From IMG/VR virus record IMGVR_UViG_3300010430_000003, positions 1 through 64,000 of that record: a stretch of 64,000 nt of DNA. The stretch is one strand, 5' to 3'. The notes under the pieces were generated by a model. That model had not been told where the DNA came from. It saw only the letters and a list, made by a program, of their open reading frames with translations, and did no database searches. Positions 57,228-64,000 of this stretch are shown piece by piece. Position 1 is the first letter of the stretch. Each line of letters opens with the position of its first letter. A program made the position numbers and the translations under genes.

Positions 57228-58886
57228 ATGTCTTCTTTGCTTAAGCAAGCTATAATCGACGCCAATCTATTAAAAGAGTCGGCAGAACAACAGGCTGAAA
57301 AAGCCATCCTCGAAAAATATTCATCTGAAATTAAAGATGTATACGAATCAATGCTAGAAGTAGCACCCGATCCTCTTGCCGATATGGCAGGGGAAAAGTC
57401 TGCTGAAAGAGATCTTGATTTCGAAGATGATCTTGATTTCGAAGGCGATTCAATGGATGCACAAATTCCCTATTCATTCTCTGATGGCGAAGAAATGATG
57501 GGTGCTCCTAATGAAGAAGAGGAGATCGAAATCGACTTTGATAAACTTGCCGCAATGCTTGGGGATGTTGAACCCGATGTTGATATGGATGAGCCACTGG
57601 GAATGGATATGGGTCTTGCAGGCGGAGATGAAGACGTAGAAGATTTAGAAATGGGCGCTCCCCCTGAAGAAGAATTCCCAACTCCTCGCCTTAAAGAAGC
57701 AGACAAATTTAAGTTTCAAAGCAAAGCGATGGGCAATGCCCCCGAAGACAGATTAAAAAACGTATCTCCTAATGTTAAAGACAAAGATGTTAAAACTGCT
57801 CCAAAGAGTGTTGTTGAGCCGGTTGATGCTATTGATGTAGAAGAAGGAAGATCAACAGTTTGTGAAAAGTGCGGTGCAACTCATATGGGTGAAGCTTGTT
57901 CTGGCCAAGTACACGAGGGAGAAGTTGAAGACCATCTTGAACTAAGAATCCAAAAGGCGCGTGAAGCATTTGAAGAATATACTAAGGCATCCAAAGCAGC
58001 AAGAAAGCAACCGGATCAATATCCAACTGGAGCAACGCCAGTTATTGCTGCTTTTGAAAGAAAAGCTGAAGAGGCTAGAAAAGAATATATTCGATTGCAA
58101 AATGTTCTTCGCAACCGTTTGAAAGCGGCAAGTGGAGAAGATCCTGATGCTGATTATCAAGCTGATAAACCATCATGGATGAGTGAGGAAGGAGAACTTG
58201 AAGAGAAAGTCGTAATGGATGACACTGGTAATAAGTCAGGTTGGACATCCAGATCAACTGACATTCTCGCACATGAACTTGATAAAGTTATCTCTCACAA
58301 TAAGTTTGATAAAACGGATGGTGAAGAATTTAAAGATGGGGATTATAAGAAGGACTTAGAAGATAAGGACACTGAATATGACTCATTAAAAGAAGAATAC
58401 AACATTCTTAAAAAGAATTTTAAAGAAATTTTCAAAGAAAATTCGAATTTGAAAGAAGTGAAGAGTAATTATGAAGTAAGAGTAGTATCGTTATCTGATA
58501 AGAATAAACAATTCCTATCTTTGCTTGAAAGAGCACAACAGGAATTGCAAGAAAATCAACTTAAGATGACAAAGCTATTTTTTGAAAATAAGGTATTTAG
58601 GGATGCCTCCTTGAATGAGCGACAAAAAAATAATATTGTCGAAGTCATTTCTGAAATTGATACCGCTGAGCAAATTAAGCCTGTTTATGAAGCGCTTTTG
58701 AAAACTAAGGGAACGGTTACTCAAAAAAGAGAATCGTCAAACTCTTTACATGAAGCACTTAAAAATAGACCCAAAATCGCTCGGATGGCTGCCGCCGCTA
58801 AAGATAGTGGGGAGTCAAAGGAACAGCAAGTTAACAGCGATCCTCTAACGGAGAGGATGCAAAAACTGGCTGGGATTAAGAAATAA
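57228..58886 (+). CDS. Prohead scaffolding/core protein (gp22-like), long and acidic
   Basis: Immediately upstream of the capsid gene; coiled-coil C-terminus ending RMQKLAGIKK; many L/F/I-x-E sites. Confidence 0.75.
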   Translation: MSSLLKQAIIDANLLKESAEQQAEKAILEKYSSEIKDVYESMLEVAPDPLADMAGEKSAERDLDFEDDLDFEGDSMDAQIPYSFSDGEEMMGAPNEEEEIEIDFDKLAAMLGDVEPDVDMDEPLGMDMGLAGGDEDVEDLEMGAPPEEEFPTPRLKEADKFKFQSKAMGNAPEDRLKNVSPNVKDKDVKTAPKSVVEPVDAIDVEEGRSTVCEKCGATHMGEACSGQVHEGEVEDHLELRIQKAREAFEEYTKASKAARKQPDQYPTGATPVIAAFERKAEEARKEYIRLQNVLRNRLKAASGEDPDADYQADKPSWMSEEGELEEKVVMDDTGNKSGWTSRSTDILAHELDKVISHNKFDKTDGEEFKDGDYKKDLEDKDTEYDSLKEEYNILKKNFKEIFKENSNLKEVKSNYEVRVVSLSDKNKQFLSLLERAQQELQENQLKMTKLFFENKVFRDASLNERQKNNIVEVISEIDTAEQIKPVYEALLKTKGTVTQKRESSNSLHEALKNRPKIARMAAAAKDSGESKEQQVNSDPLTERMQKLAGIKK

Positions 58887-58913
58887 CATTAGATTAAAAA
58901 GGAAAACTTACTC

Positions 58914-60614
58914 ATGTCTGGTAAAATCGTTGAAAAGTTAACCGGTGACATTCAATCCTACGATGTAGTGAAAGAAGGTCAACTTTTGGTTAATAAATGG
59001 ACGCGAGCCGGTCTTCTTGAAGGCATCTCTGATGACGTAAAAAGAACCAATATGGCTCGTTTGCTTGAGAACCAAGCAAAACAAATTCTAAAAGAGGCTT
59101 CCACTATGGCAGCCGGTGACGTCGAAGGTTACGCTTCTGTAGCGTTCCCCCTCGTTCGTCGAGTATTCGGTAATCTTCTGGCTAATGACCTTGTGTCAGT
59201 TCAGCCAATGAATCTTCCTGCGGGACTGATTTTCTTCTTGGATTTCCAATACAATTCATCTCGCCTTGGGAGCGTTGCTGAAGATTCAGTATTCGGTCAA
59301 GGCATTGTCGGTCGCGAGTTGACTGGTGGTGTTGATCTTTCAAATGCTGAGCAGGATAAAGGCCCGTATAACCTGAATAACGGTTATTCAAGCCCGACTG
59401 CTTCATTTACTGTCACAACCACACTGCTCGCTTCTGGTACAGTAGGCGCATCAACAAATTCAGGCTCTAATGCTGATGTTGATAAGCTTGTTAAATATGA
59501 TCCTGACTTGTCGGGTTCAACTGTTGCGATTGCAACTGTTCCACTTTCAGAGCTTACCACTGGTGGCAATGAATTTAATGAGAGTGACCTTGTCGCTCTT
59601 AACTTCACTAACCTTTCAAGCTCTGGTGCAGCTTATCGACAAATTCGTCGACTTACAAGCTACTCTGGTTCGAAGACAGACGGAACTCTGTTATTTGTGA
59701 TTGAAGTGGCGTCAGGCTCACATACTGAGGTCCTTGCAGGTGCTGCTATTGATGCGGTAACTACACTTGATGCTCCGCTTGCTGATAACTTCGATGGCGG
59801 CGGCGCTCTCGGTTCTGTTGTTGGTGCTGATGTTTGGGGCCTTGAGGCTGACGAAGGTATTCCTGAGTTGGATATCAAAGTTGATTCCATCGCTCTGACA
59901 GCTATCACCAAAAAGCTGAAAGCTAAATGGTCTCCTGAGCTTGGTCAAGACCTCAATGCTTATCATAATGTCGATGCGGAAGTTGAGCTTACCTCAATTC
60001 TTGCTGAGCACATTGAGCTTGAGATTGATCGAGAGATCTTGGAAGATCTTACTAAGCTTGCTACAGGCTCGACAAAGTTCTGGTCACGACTTCCGGGTAA
60101 GTTTGTGAACGAGGACACTGGTGCGGATATTTCTAATACTACTGCACCGCCTGACTTCACCGGTAACGTATCCGAGTGGTACGAAACACTTATCGAGAAA
60201 GTCAATGGCGTCTCGGCTGTTATTCAGCGTAAGATTCTGTCTGGTGGAGCTAACTTCCTTGTTTGCTCACCTGAAGTTGCCAATATCCTTGAGTTTACTA
60301 ACGGATTCCGTGGAAACGTTTCAGTGGGCGAAGAGCGTGGTACTGCCGGTGCGGTTAAAACTGGTCAGATCAACAAGAAGTTCGACGTATATGTCGATCC
60401 TTACTACTACCGAAATGGTCTTCTGGTAGGACGAAAGGGCTCCTCTTTCCTTGAAAGCGGATTTGTATATGCTCCTTATGTCCCTCTGCAGATGACACCA
60501 ACCATCTTCGGTACTGAGGACTTCGTGCCTCGTAAGGGCGTCATGACACGCTATGCGAAGAAGATGGTTCGTCCTGACTTCTATGGCACGGTCATTGTCC
60601 TAGACCTTGTATAA
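58914..60614 (+). CDS. gp23: Major capsid protein (T4 gp23-like)
   Basis: LLENQ, PLVRRVF..L.A..LVSVQPM..P.GLIF, KLKAKWSPELGQDL.A.H..DAE.EL..IL, ESGFVYAPYVPL, KGVMTRY. Confidence 0.97.
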   Translation: MSGKIVEKLTGDIQSYDVVKEGQLLVNKWTRAGLLEGISDDVKRTNMARLLENQAKQILKEASTMAAGDVEGYASVAFPLVRRVFGNLLANDLVSVQPMNLPAGLIFFLDFQYNSSRLGSVAEDSVFGQGIVGRELTGGVDLSNAEQDKGPYNLNNGYSSPTASFTVTTTLLASGTVGASTNSGSNADVDKLVKYDPDLSGSTVAIATVPLSELTTGGNEFNESDLVALNFTNLSSSGAAYRQIRRLTSYSGSKTDGTLLFVIEVASGSHTEVLAGAAIDAVTTLDAPLADNFDGGGALGSVVGADVWGLEADEGIPELDIKVDSIALTAITKKLKAKWSPELGQDLNAYHNVDAEVELTSILAEHIELEIDREILEDLTKLATGSTKFWSRLPGKFVNEDTGADISNTTAPPDFTGNVSEWYETLIEKVNGVSAVIQRKILSGGANFLVCSPEVANILEFTNGFRGNVSVGEERGTAGAVKTGQINKKFDVYVDPYYYRNGLLVGRKGSSFLESGFVYAPYVPLQMTPTIFGTEDFVPRKGVMTRYAKKMVRPDFYGTVIVLDLV

Positions 60615-60635
60615 TCTAACCTAGTTTGGATTATG

Positions 60636-60663
60636 AAACCTCCCAGAAATGGGAGGTTTTTTT
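60636..60663 (+). terminator. Intrinsic terminator after the major capsid gene
   Basis: AAACCTCCCA-GAAA-TGGGAGGTTT followed by a T-run. Confidence 0.92.
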
Positions 60664-60675
60664 ATTATATCATTA

Positions 60676-60703
60676 TTGATTTGCTGTTCTGTGTTAATAT
60701 AAT
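60676..60703 (+). promoter_or_regulatory. Sigma70-like promoter for the accessory island
   Basis: TTGATT (60676-81), 16 nt spacer, TATAAT (60698-703); AAGG upstream of ATG 60721. Confidence 0.55.
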
Positions 60704-60720
60704 AAAGGTAAGGAATCTTT

Positions 60721-60942
60721 ATGAATAAAGACAACATTAATTTGATGATGAGTTCCGTATATGTCCATGAAATTTTGTGGGGAGCAACTATGGATACGGG
60801 CTTCGCATGTTATTTCTCCTTGGGGCGTAGAAGGTCATCCTCATATTGGATGAGATGCAACTATGGTTTTATAGCAAAAGTGAAAGGGGAAAACCAATTC
60901 ATACAAGGTTATTATCCCTCTTGCAGCATCACTCTTGTATGA
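60721..60942 (+). CDS. Hypothetical protein
   Basis: 73-aa ORF after the promoter and SD. Confidence 0.5.
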   Translation: MNKDNINLMMSSVYVHEILWGATMDTGFACYFSLGRRRSSSYWMRCNYGFIAKVKGENQFIQGYYPSCSITLV

Positions 60943-60951
60943 AAGAATAAT

Positions 60952-61278
60952 ATGAAAAATGGTTTTCTAAAGAAAATTTTTGAAAGTGGATATGTCTATG
61001 CACCCTATATACCGATGCAAGTAACGCGAAATTTCAACCAGTCCCCGAAATATAAAACAGAGGTTGTGGCGGAGAATATTAATAAAATCATTGCAATGCA
61101 TTGGGTTTTGGATACAGTGCAATTTCATATGGTTCATCGGGTTGGTAACCCACACCTCCGCAAACGAACTGTGGATTTTGACGTGTCGAACATGTATGGA
61201 TTTCAAATGAGATATTATGATCAATATTGCCCTCTCAGAATAAGAGTAGCTTTAAACTGGTTAAGACAATATGAATGA
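60952..61278 (+). CDS. Small protein carrying a copy of the major capsid ESGxVYAPYxPxQxT motif
   Basis: Residues 11-25 ESGYVYAPYIPMQVT versus capsid ESGFVYAPYVPLQMT (60453-60497). Confidence 0.75.
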   Translation: MKNGFLKKIFESGYVYAPYIPMQVTRNFNQSPKYKTEVVAENINKIIAMHWVLDTVQFHMVHRVGNPHLRKRTVDFDVSNMYGFQMRYYDQYCPLRIRVALNWLRQYE

Positions 61279-61558
61279 AGTAATGGCTCATAAAGCCCGC
61301 GCCACTGGCTCACGTTCCAATCGCCATCGCCGACGCAGGAGAGGTCGTCGCAGCCACCACCGTATTTCCATGGAGCCTAAAGATATTAATTTGTATGTTG
61401 CTCGGCATTGTCTGGTTCCACGAGTCACTTTTATTGAAGCATTTCTATTTTTTAGAAAATCATCTTATTCTTGTAATAATCTTTACCGGGCACACGGCCC
61501 CGCTAATATACAGGATGTGAAGATGTGGTTAAATGTTCGCGCTGAGAGCCAGTTATAA
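61271..61558 (+). CDS. Arginine-rich small protein
   Basis: RSNRHRRRRRGRRSHHR tract. Confidence 0.5.
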   Translation: MNEVMAHKARATGSRSNRHRRRRRGRRSHHRISMEPKDINLYVARHCLVPRVTFIEAFLFFRKSSYSCNNLYRAHGPANIQDVKMWLNVRAESQL

Positions 61559-61560
61559 AA

Positions 61561-62217
61561 ATGAATGTGTTGTTATCATATCCAAGATCCGGCAATACGT
61601 GGACTCGTTATTGTGTTGAATTTCTGACAAAGAAGCCAACGCAAGGAGTTATGGGTTCTTCCGCAACAATTAAGACGCCTATGGGATTGCATAATTCTGA
61701 TATGGAAGTGGATTTTGAGCAAGAAACAATCTTGAATAAATTTCACCATCCACCGGAGTGTGTTGGAATTCGACCCCTCCCAGAAAAGCTGATATTGCTG
61801 GTTAGAAATCCTCTAGAAAGCATCACAAGACATGATCCCGCAAGCATTCCAGCCTTCACTATCCCATCAATACGACACTATATAAGCTTGTTGTATTATT
61901 ATGATTTGTTTGAAAATGAAAAAATGATTGTGTTTTATGAGGACTTAATTAAAGACGAAACACTCCCCCACACTTTAAATGAAATTCTTGATTTCCTTGG
62001 TGAACCTAAAGATAATCTAATTCCTTTTATGGAGGGGATTGAATACCATCGTTCGGAAGGGGTGAGGATTTACAATACAAACGGAAACCGTTCTCAAACT
62101 GAAGGTAACGAAGAGAACTATCATAGAAAGAAAATCAAAATTGAAAGATCGTTAGAAAAACTTCTTGAATGGGATCAGGGTGGATATTTCCACAAATACT
62201 GTCATAGATATTTATGA
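61561..62217 (+). CDS. Sulfotransferase domain protein
   Basis: LSYPRSGNTW (5'-PSB loop), KFHH, LLVRNP (3'-PB), VFYEDL. Confidence 0.85.
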   Translation: MNVLLSYPRSGNTWTRYCVEFLTKKPTQGVMGSSATIKTPMGLHNSDMEVDFEQETILNKFHHPPECVGIRPLPEKLILLVRNPLESITRHDPASIPAFTIPSIRHYISLLYYYDLFENEKMIVFYEDLIKDETLPHTLNEILDFLGEPKDNLIPFMEGIEYHRSEGVRIYNTNGNRSQTEGNEENYHRKKIKIERSLEKLLEWDQGGYFHKYCHRYL

Positions 62218-62423
62218 ATTTATTGATTGCGCAATGTTATGTTAACTCTTGGATTGCATCATCTTTCGCGTGGCACACACCCGATCCGATGGTTTTTACT
62301 CCAAAACAAAGAAAGACAGTGATGGGTTGGGGATATTTTCCCTTAAGAGCATATAAAGATATAAAACTCTCCATTAATATAATTTTGGAAAATATAAAAT
62401 TCAATGACTTCTTTAAATGTTGA
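62214..62423 (+). CDS. Hypothetical protein
   Basis: 69-aa ORF, ATGA-coupled to the previous gene. Confidence 0.45.
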   Translation: MNLLIAQCYVNSWIASSFAWHTPDPMVFTPKQRKTVMGWGYFPLRAYKDIKLSINIILENIKFNDFFKC

Positions 62424-62985
62424 TATGAAAAAAGATATTAAACTAATTGTTATTTGTGGGCCTTCTGGTGTAGGGAAGACGTCAATTGCATCGTTTTTGG
62501 TAAAGAGGATTTGGAATTCCTGTTTTTGTGTTTCTCATACAACTCGGAAATCTAGAATTACTGAAATGGATGGAATTGATTATTATTTTGTGTCTGAAGA
62601 TAAGTTTGAACAAATGAAAAGCAATAATGAGTTTGCAGAACATGCCCATGTATATGGCCAACAATATGGAACATCATGGGATGTTGTTGAAGAAGACCTT
62701 GAAGATGAAATCAAGATTCTTGATGTTGATTATAACGGCGCTGAAGCGATCTACAGTAGATATCCAGACAACACCATTGTCTTTTCTATATTACCACCTT
62801 CAATCAAAGAACTCCAAACAAGGCTGAGGCTTCGTGGTACCGATTCTTTAGTTACAATACAGCAACGATTGTTGAGAATTGAAGAAGAGCTTGAATATGA
62901 ATTGCAAGTTCCTCATGTGGAAATTATCAATTCAGATATGAGAGAAACCCAGAAAATGGTTATGAAATGTCTTCAACCTCAATAA
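62404..62985 (+). CDS. gmk: Guanylate kinase (likely start 62425)
   Basis: GPSGVGKT, VSHTTR.SR..E.DG.DYYFVS, YGT, LRLRGTDS. Confidence 0.95.
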   Translation: MTSLNVDMKKDIKLIVICGPSGVGKTSIASFLVKRIWNSCFCVSHTTRKSRITEMDGIDYYFVSEDKFEQMKSNNEFAEHAHVYGQQYGTSWDVVEEDLEDEIKILDVDYNGAEAIYSRYPDNTIVFSILPPSIKELQTRLRLRGTDSLVTIQQRLLRIEEELEYELQVPHVEIINSDMRETQKMVMKCLQPQ

Positions 62986-63179
62986 ATCTTGATGTGGTGC
63001 ATTCTTGGATATCTTCTAACTGGTATTGGTATGTTCAAACTCATCACTCTCGCGATCAGATAAATAAGAGGGAGAGTTTTATAGTAATACAAGACTATAT
63101 TGAGGTTGAGGAGATGATTGCTGAAGCTCTCCATGAAGGAATTCTTGATCTTTTTGAGAATGATTATTATGAATATTGA
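62967..63179 (+). CDS. Hypothetical protein
   Basis: 70-aa ORF overlapping its neighbours. Confidence 0.45.
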   Translation: MSSTSINLDVVHSWISSNWYWYVQTHHSRDQINKRESFIVIQDYIEVEEMIAEALHEGILDLFENDYYEY

Positions 63180-63354
63180 AATTGCACGTTTATGGTTCGT
63201 ATCATACTGGTGGGGATTTGTTGTTGATGATGCTTGTCATCATACTGTTGATGATAATTCAAGAACAAGTTATATGCATCTCACAATATGTGAAGACTAT
63301 TATGAAATGGTTGATGATGCTCTTTATTATGGAATTTTAAGTGTAGTTCAATAA
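63118..63354 (+). CDS. Hypothetical protein (likely start 63169)
   Basis: Short ORF closing the island. Confidence 0.45.
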   Translation: MLKLSMKEFLIFLRMIIMNIEIARLWFVSYWWGFVVDDACHHTVDDNSRTSYMHLTICEDYYEMVDDALYYGILSVVQ

Positions 63355-63375
63355 TCATAAATCAAAATTTTAGAT

Positions 63376-63423
63376 AAAGCCTCTTGTTGTAGCTATTTAT
63401 TAGTGAATAACAAGAGGCTTTTT
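63376..63423 (+). promoter_or_regulatory. Hairpin enclosing TATTTA, with the SD in the 3' arm (neck gene)
   Basis: AAAGCCTCTTGTT (63376-88) / AACAAGAGGCTTT (63409-21) form a perfect 13-bp inverted repeat; TATTTA at 63394-99; GAGG in the right arm; TTG start at 63426. Confidence 0.75.
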
Positions 63424-63425
63424 CA

Positions 63426-64000
63426 TTGTCTGGAACATCACCTACATTACTGCCAGTTTCGTCAGTATCAAAGATTATCCTGCCGGCTACGGGTTCCACT
63501 CCCAATGTGACGGCTTCTATGCCTTTCGGTATTTATACTGATAGTGCATCTCCATTATATTCAACAGACTTCATTTCTGGCGCCGCCGATCAAGTTGCCT
63601 ATACCTATTGGAAAATGGTGGGTAATGGTCTTGATATTGAATTGTCTGAATATAATGTCTATGCTGCTTATGAAGAAGCAGTATTAGAGTATTCATATCA
63701 TCTAAATCTACATCAGGCCAAGAACTCTCTCGCAGACGTTCTAGGAGCCTCCACAGGGACTTTTGACCATGATGGAAACCTCAAGGACGGCGAACTTAGT
63801 TCATCGCTTGACGGCTCTCATGTGTCTCTTAAATACCCTAATTTTCAATTCTCTTATTCAAAGAAAGTTGGCATTGGAATTTCTCAAGAAGTTGGATTGA
63901 ATGGATATATTACTGAATACTCTGCTTCTGTCTCTACTACTGTAAATCAACAGGATTATGATCTTCAAGATCTTATTTCATCTCAAGCTGAGTTTTCGGG
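63426..64000 (+). CDS. Neck protein, T4 gp13-like (5' part, truncated by window edge)
   Basis: Read manually, open to the window end: ...KMVGNGLDIELSEYNVYAAYEEAVLEYSY resembles the gp13 LG..i.vELt.dqiy.ci..ALe.Y pattern. Confidence 0.7.
   Translation, partial: MSGTSPTLLPVSSVSKIILPATGSTPNVTASMPFGIYTDSASPLYSTDFISGAADQVAYTYWKMVGNGLDIELSEYNVYAAYEEAVLEYSYHLNLHQAKNSLADVLGASTGTFDHDGNLKDGELSSSLDGSHVSLKYPNFQFSYSKKVGIGISQEVGLNGYITEYSASVSTTVNQQDYDLQDLISSQAEFS

Larger units (their letters stand above)
1..64000 (+). other. Fragment of a large T4-like (myovirus/jumbo) phage genome: baseplate, recombination, lysis and head modules
   Basis: Terminase, T4-type portal, prohead protease, gp23-like capsid, gp25/gp6-like baseplate and gp13-like neck genes. 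Dense, co-directional + strand coding; no host housekeeping operons. Confidence 0.95.

Noticed and set aside
57411-57446. 18-bp period repeat GATCTTGATTTCGAAG
   Set aside because: Encodes DLDFED-DLDFEG in the low-complexity scaffold; ordinary slippage.
840-61224. Minus-strand and nested short ORFs in the ORF track (e.g. 2264-2695, 10452-10859, 52573-52908)
   Set aside because: They are shadows of long + strand genes, with no motifs, SDs or free space.
1-64000. Stop-codon reassignment (code 15 or code 4), as in some large phages
   Set aside because: Very long ORFs are intact in code 11, and TAG and TGA both end genes at sensible boundaries (e.g. TAG at 29884, 38522, 55671).
1-64000. tRNA genes, CRISPR array, DGR, integrase/transposase, introns or inteins
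   Set aside because: Intergenic gaps are under about 110 nt and explained by other features; no repeat-spacer array, reverse transcriptase or intein motifs were seen; terminase, primase and capsid have normal lengths.

Overview
The window is a 64 kb fragment of a large, AT-rich tailed phage of the T4-like myovirus or jumbo-phage type. Every credible gene lies on the + strand and reads in the standard bacterial code. In order, it holds: a baseplate/tail cluster (hub with a lytic-transglycosylase-like domain, spike, gp25-like, gp6-like, and a giant LamG protein apparently split in three); an accessory insert (SAM methyltransferase, degenerate RNA ligase, TrmL-like SPOUT protein, fibre-like proteins); RuvC, primase and a fused SbcD-SbcC; a lysis-like membrane trio with a cupin and a patatin; the head cluster (terminase, portal, prohead protease, ribosomal protein bS21, scaffold, major capsid); a small sigma70-type island (sulfotransferase, guanylate kinase); and the start of a gp13-like neck gene. 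No tRNA, CRISPR array, integrase or transposase was seen. The most notable observations are: (1) a 108-aa ORF just downstream of the major capsid gene that carries a synonymously diverged copy of a conserved capsid motif; (2) a recurring architecture in which a TATTTA late-promoter-like motif sits in the loop of a hairpin that hides the Shine-Dalgarno sequence; (3) an unannotated 29-aa type IV pilin-like micro-peptide; (4) an adjacent RNA ligase-like and SPOUT 2'-O-methyltransferase-like gene pair. All family assignments come from reading motifs by eye; no database search was run.
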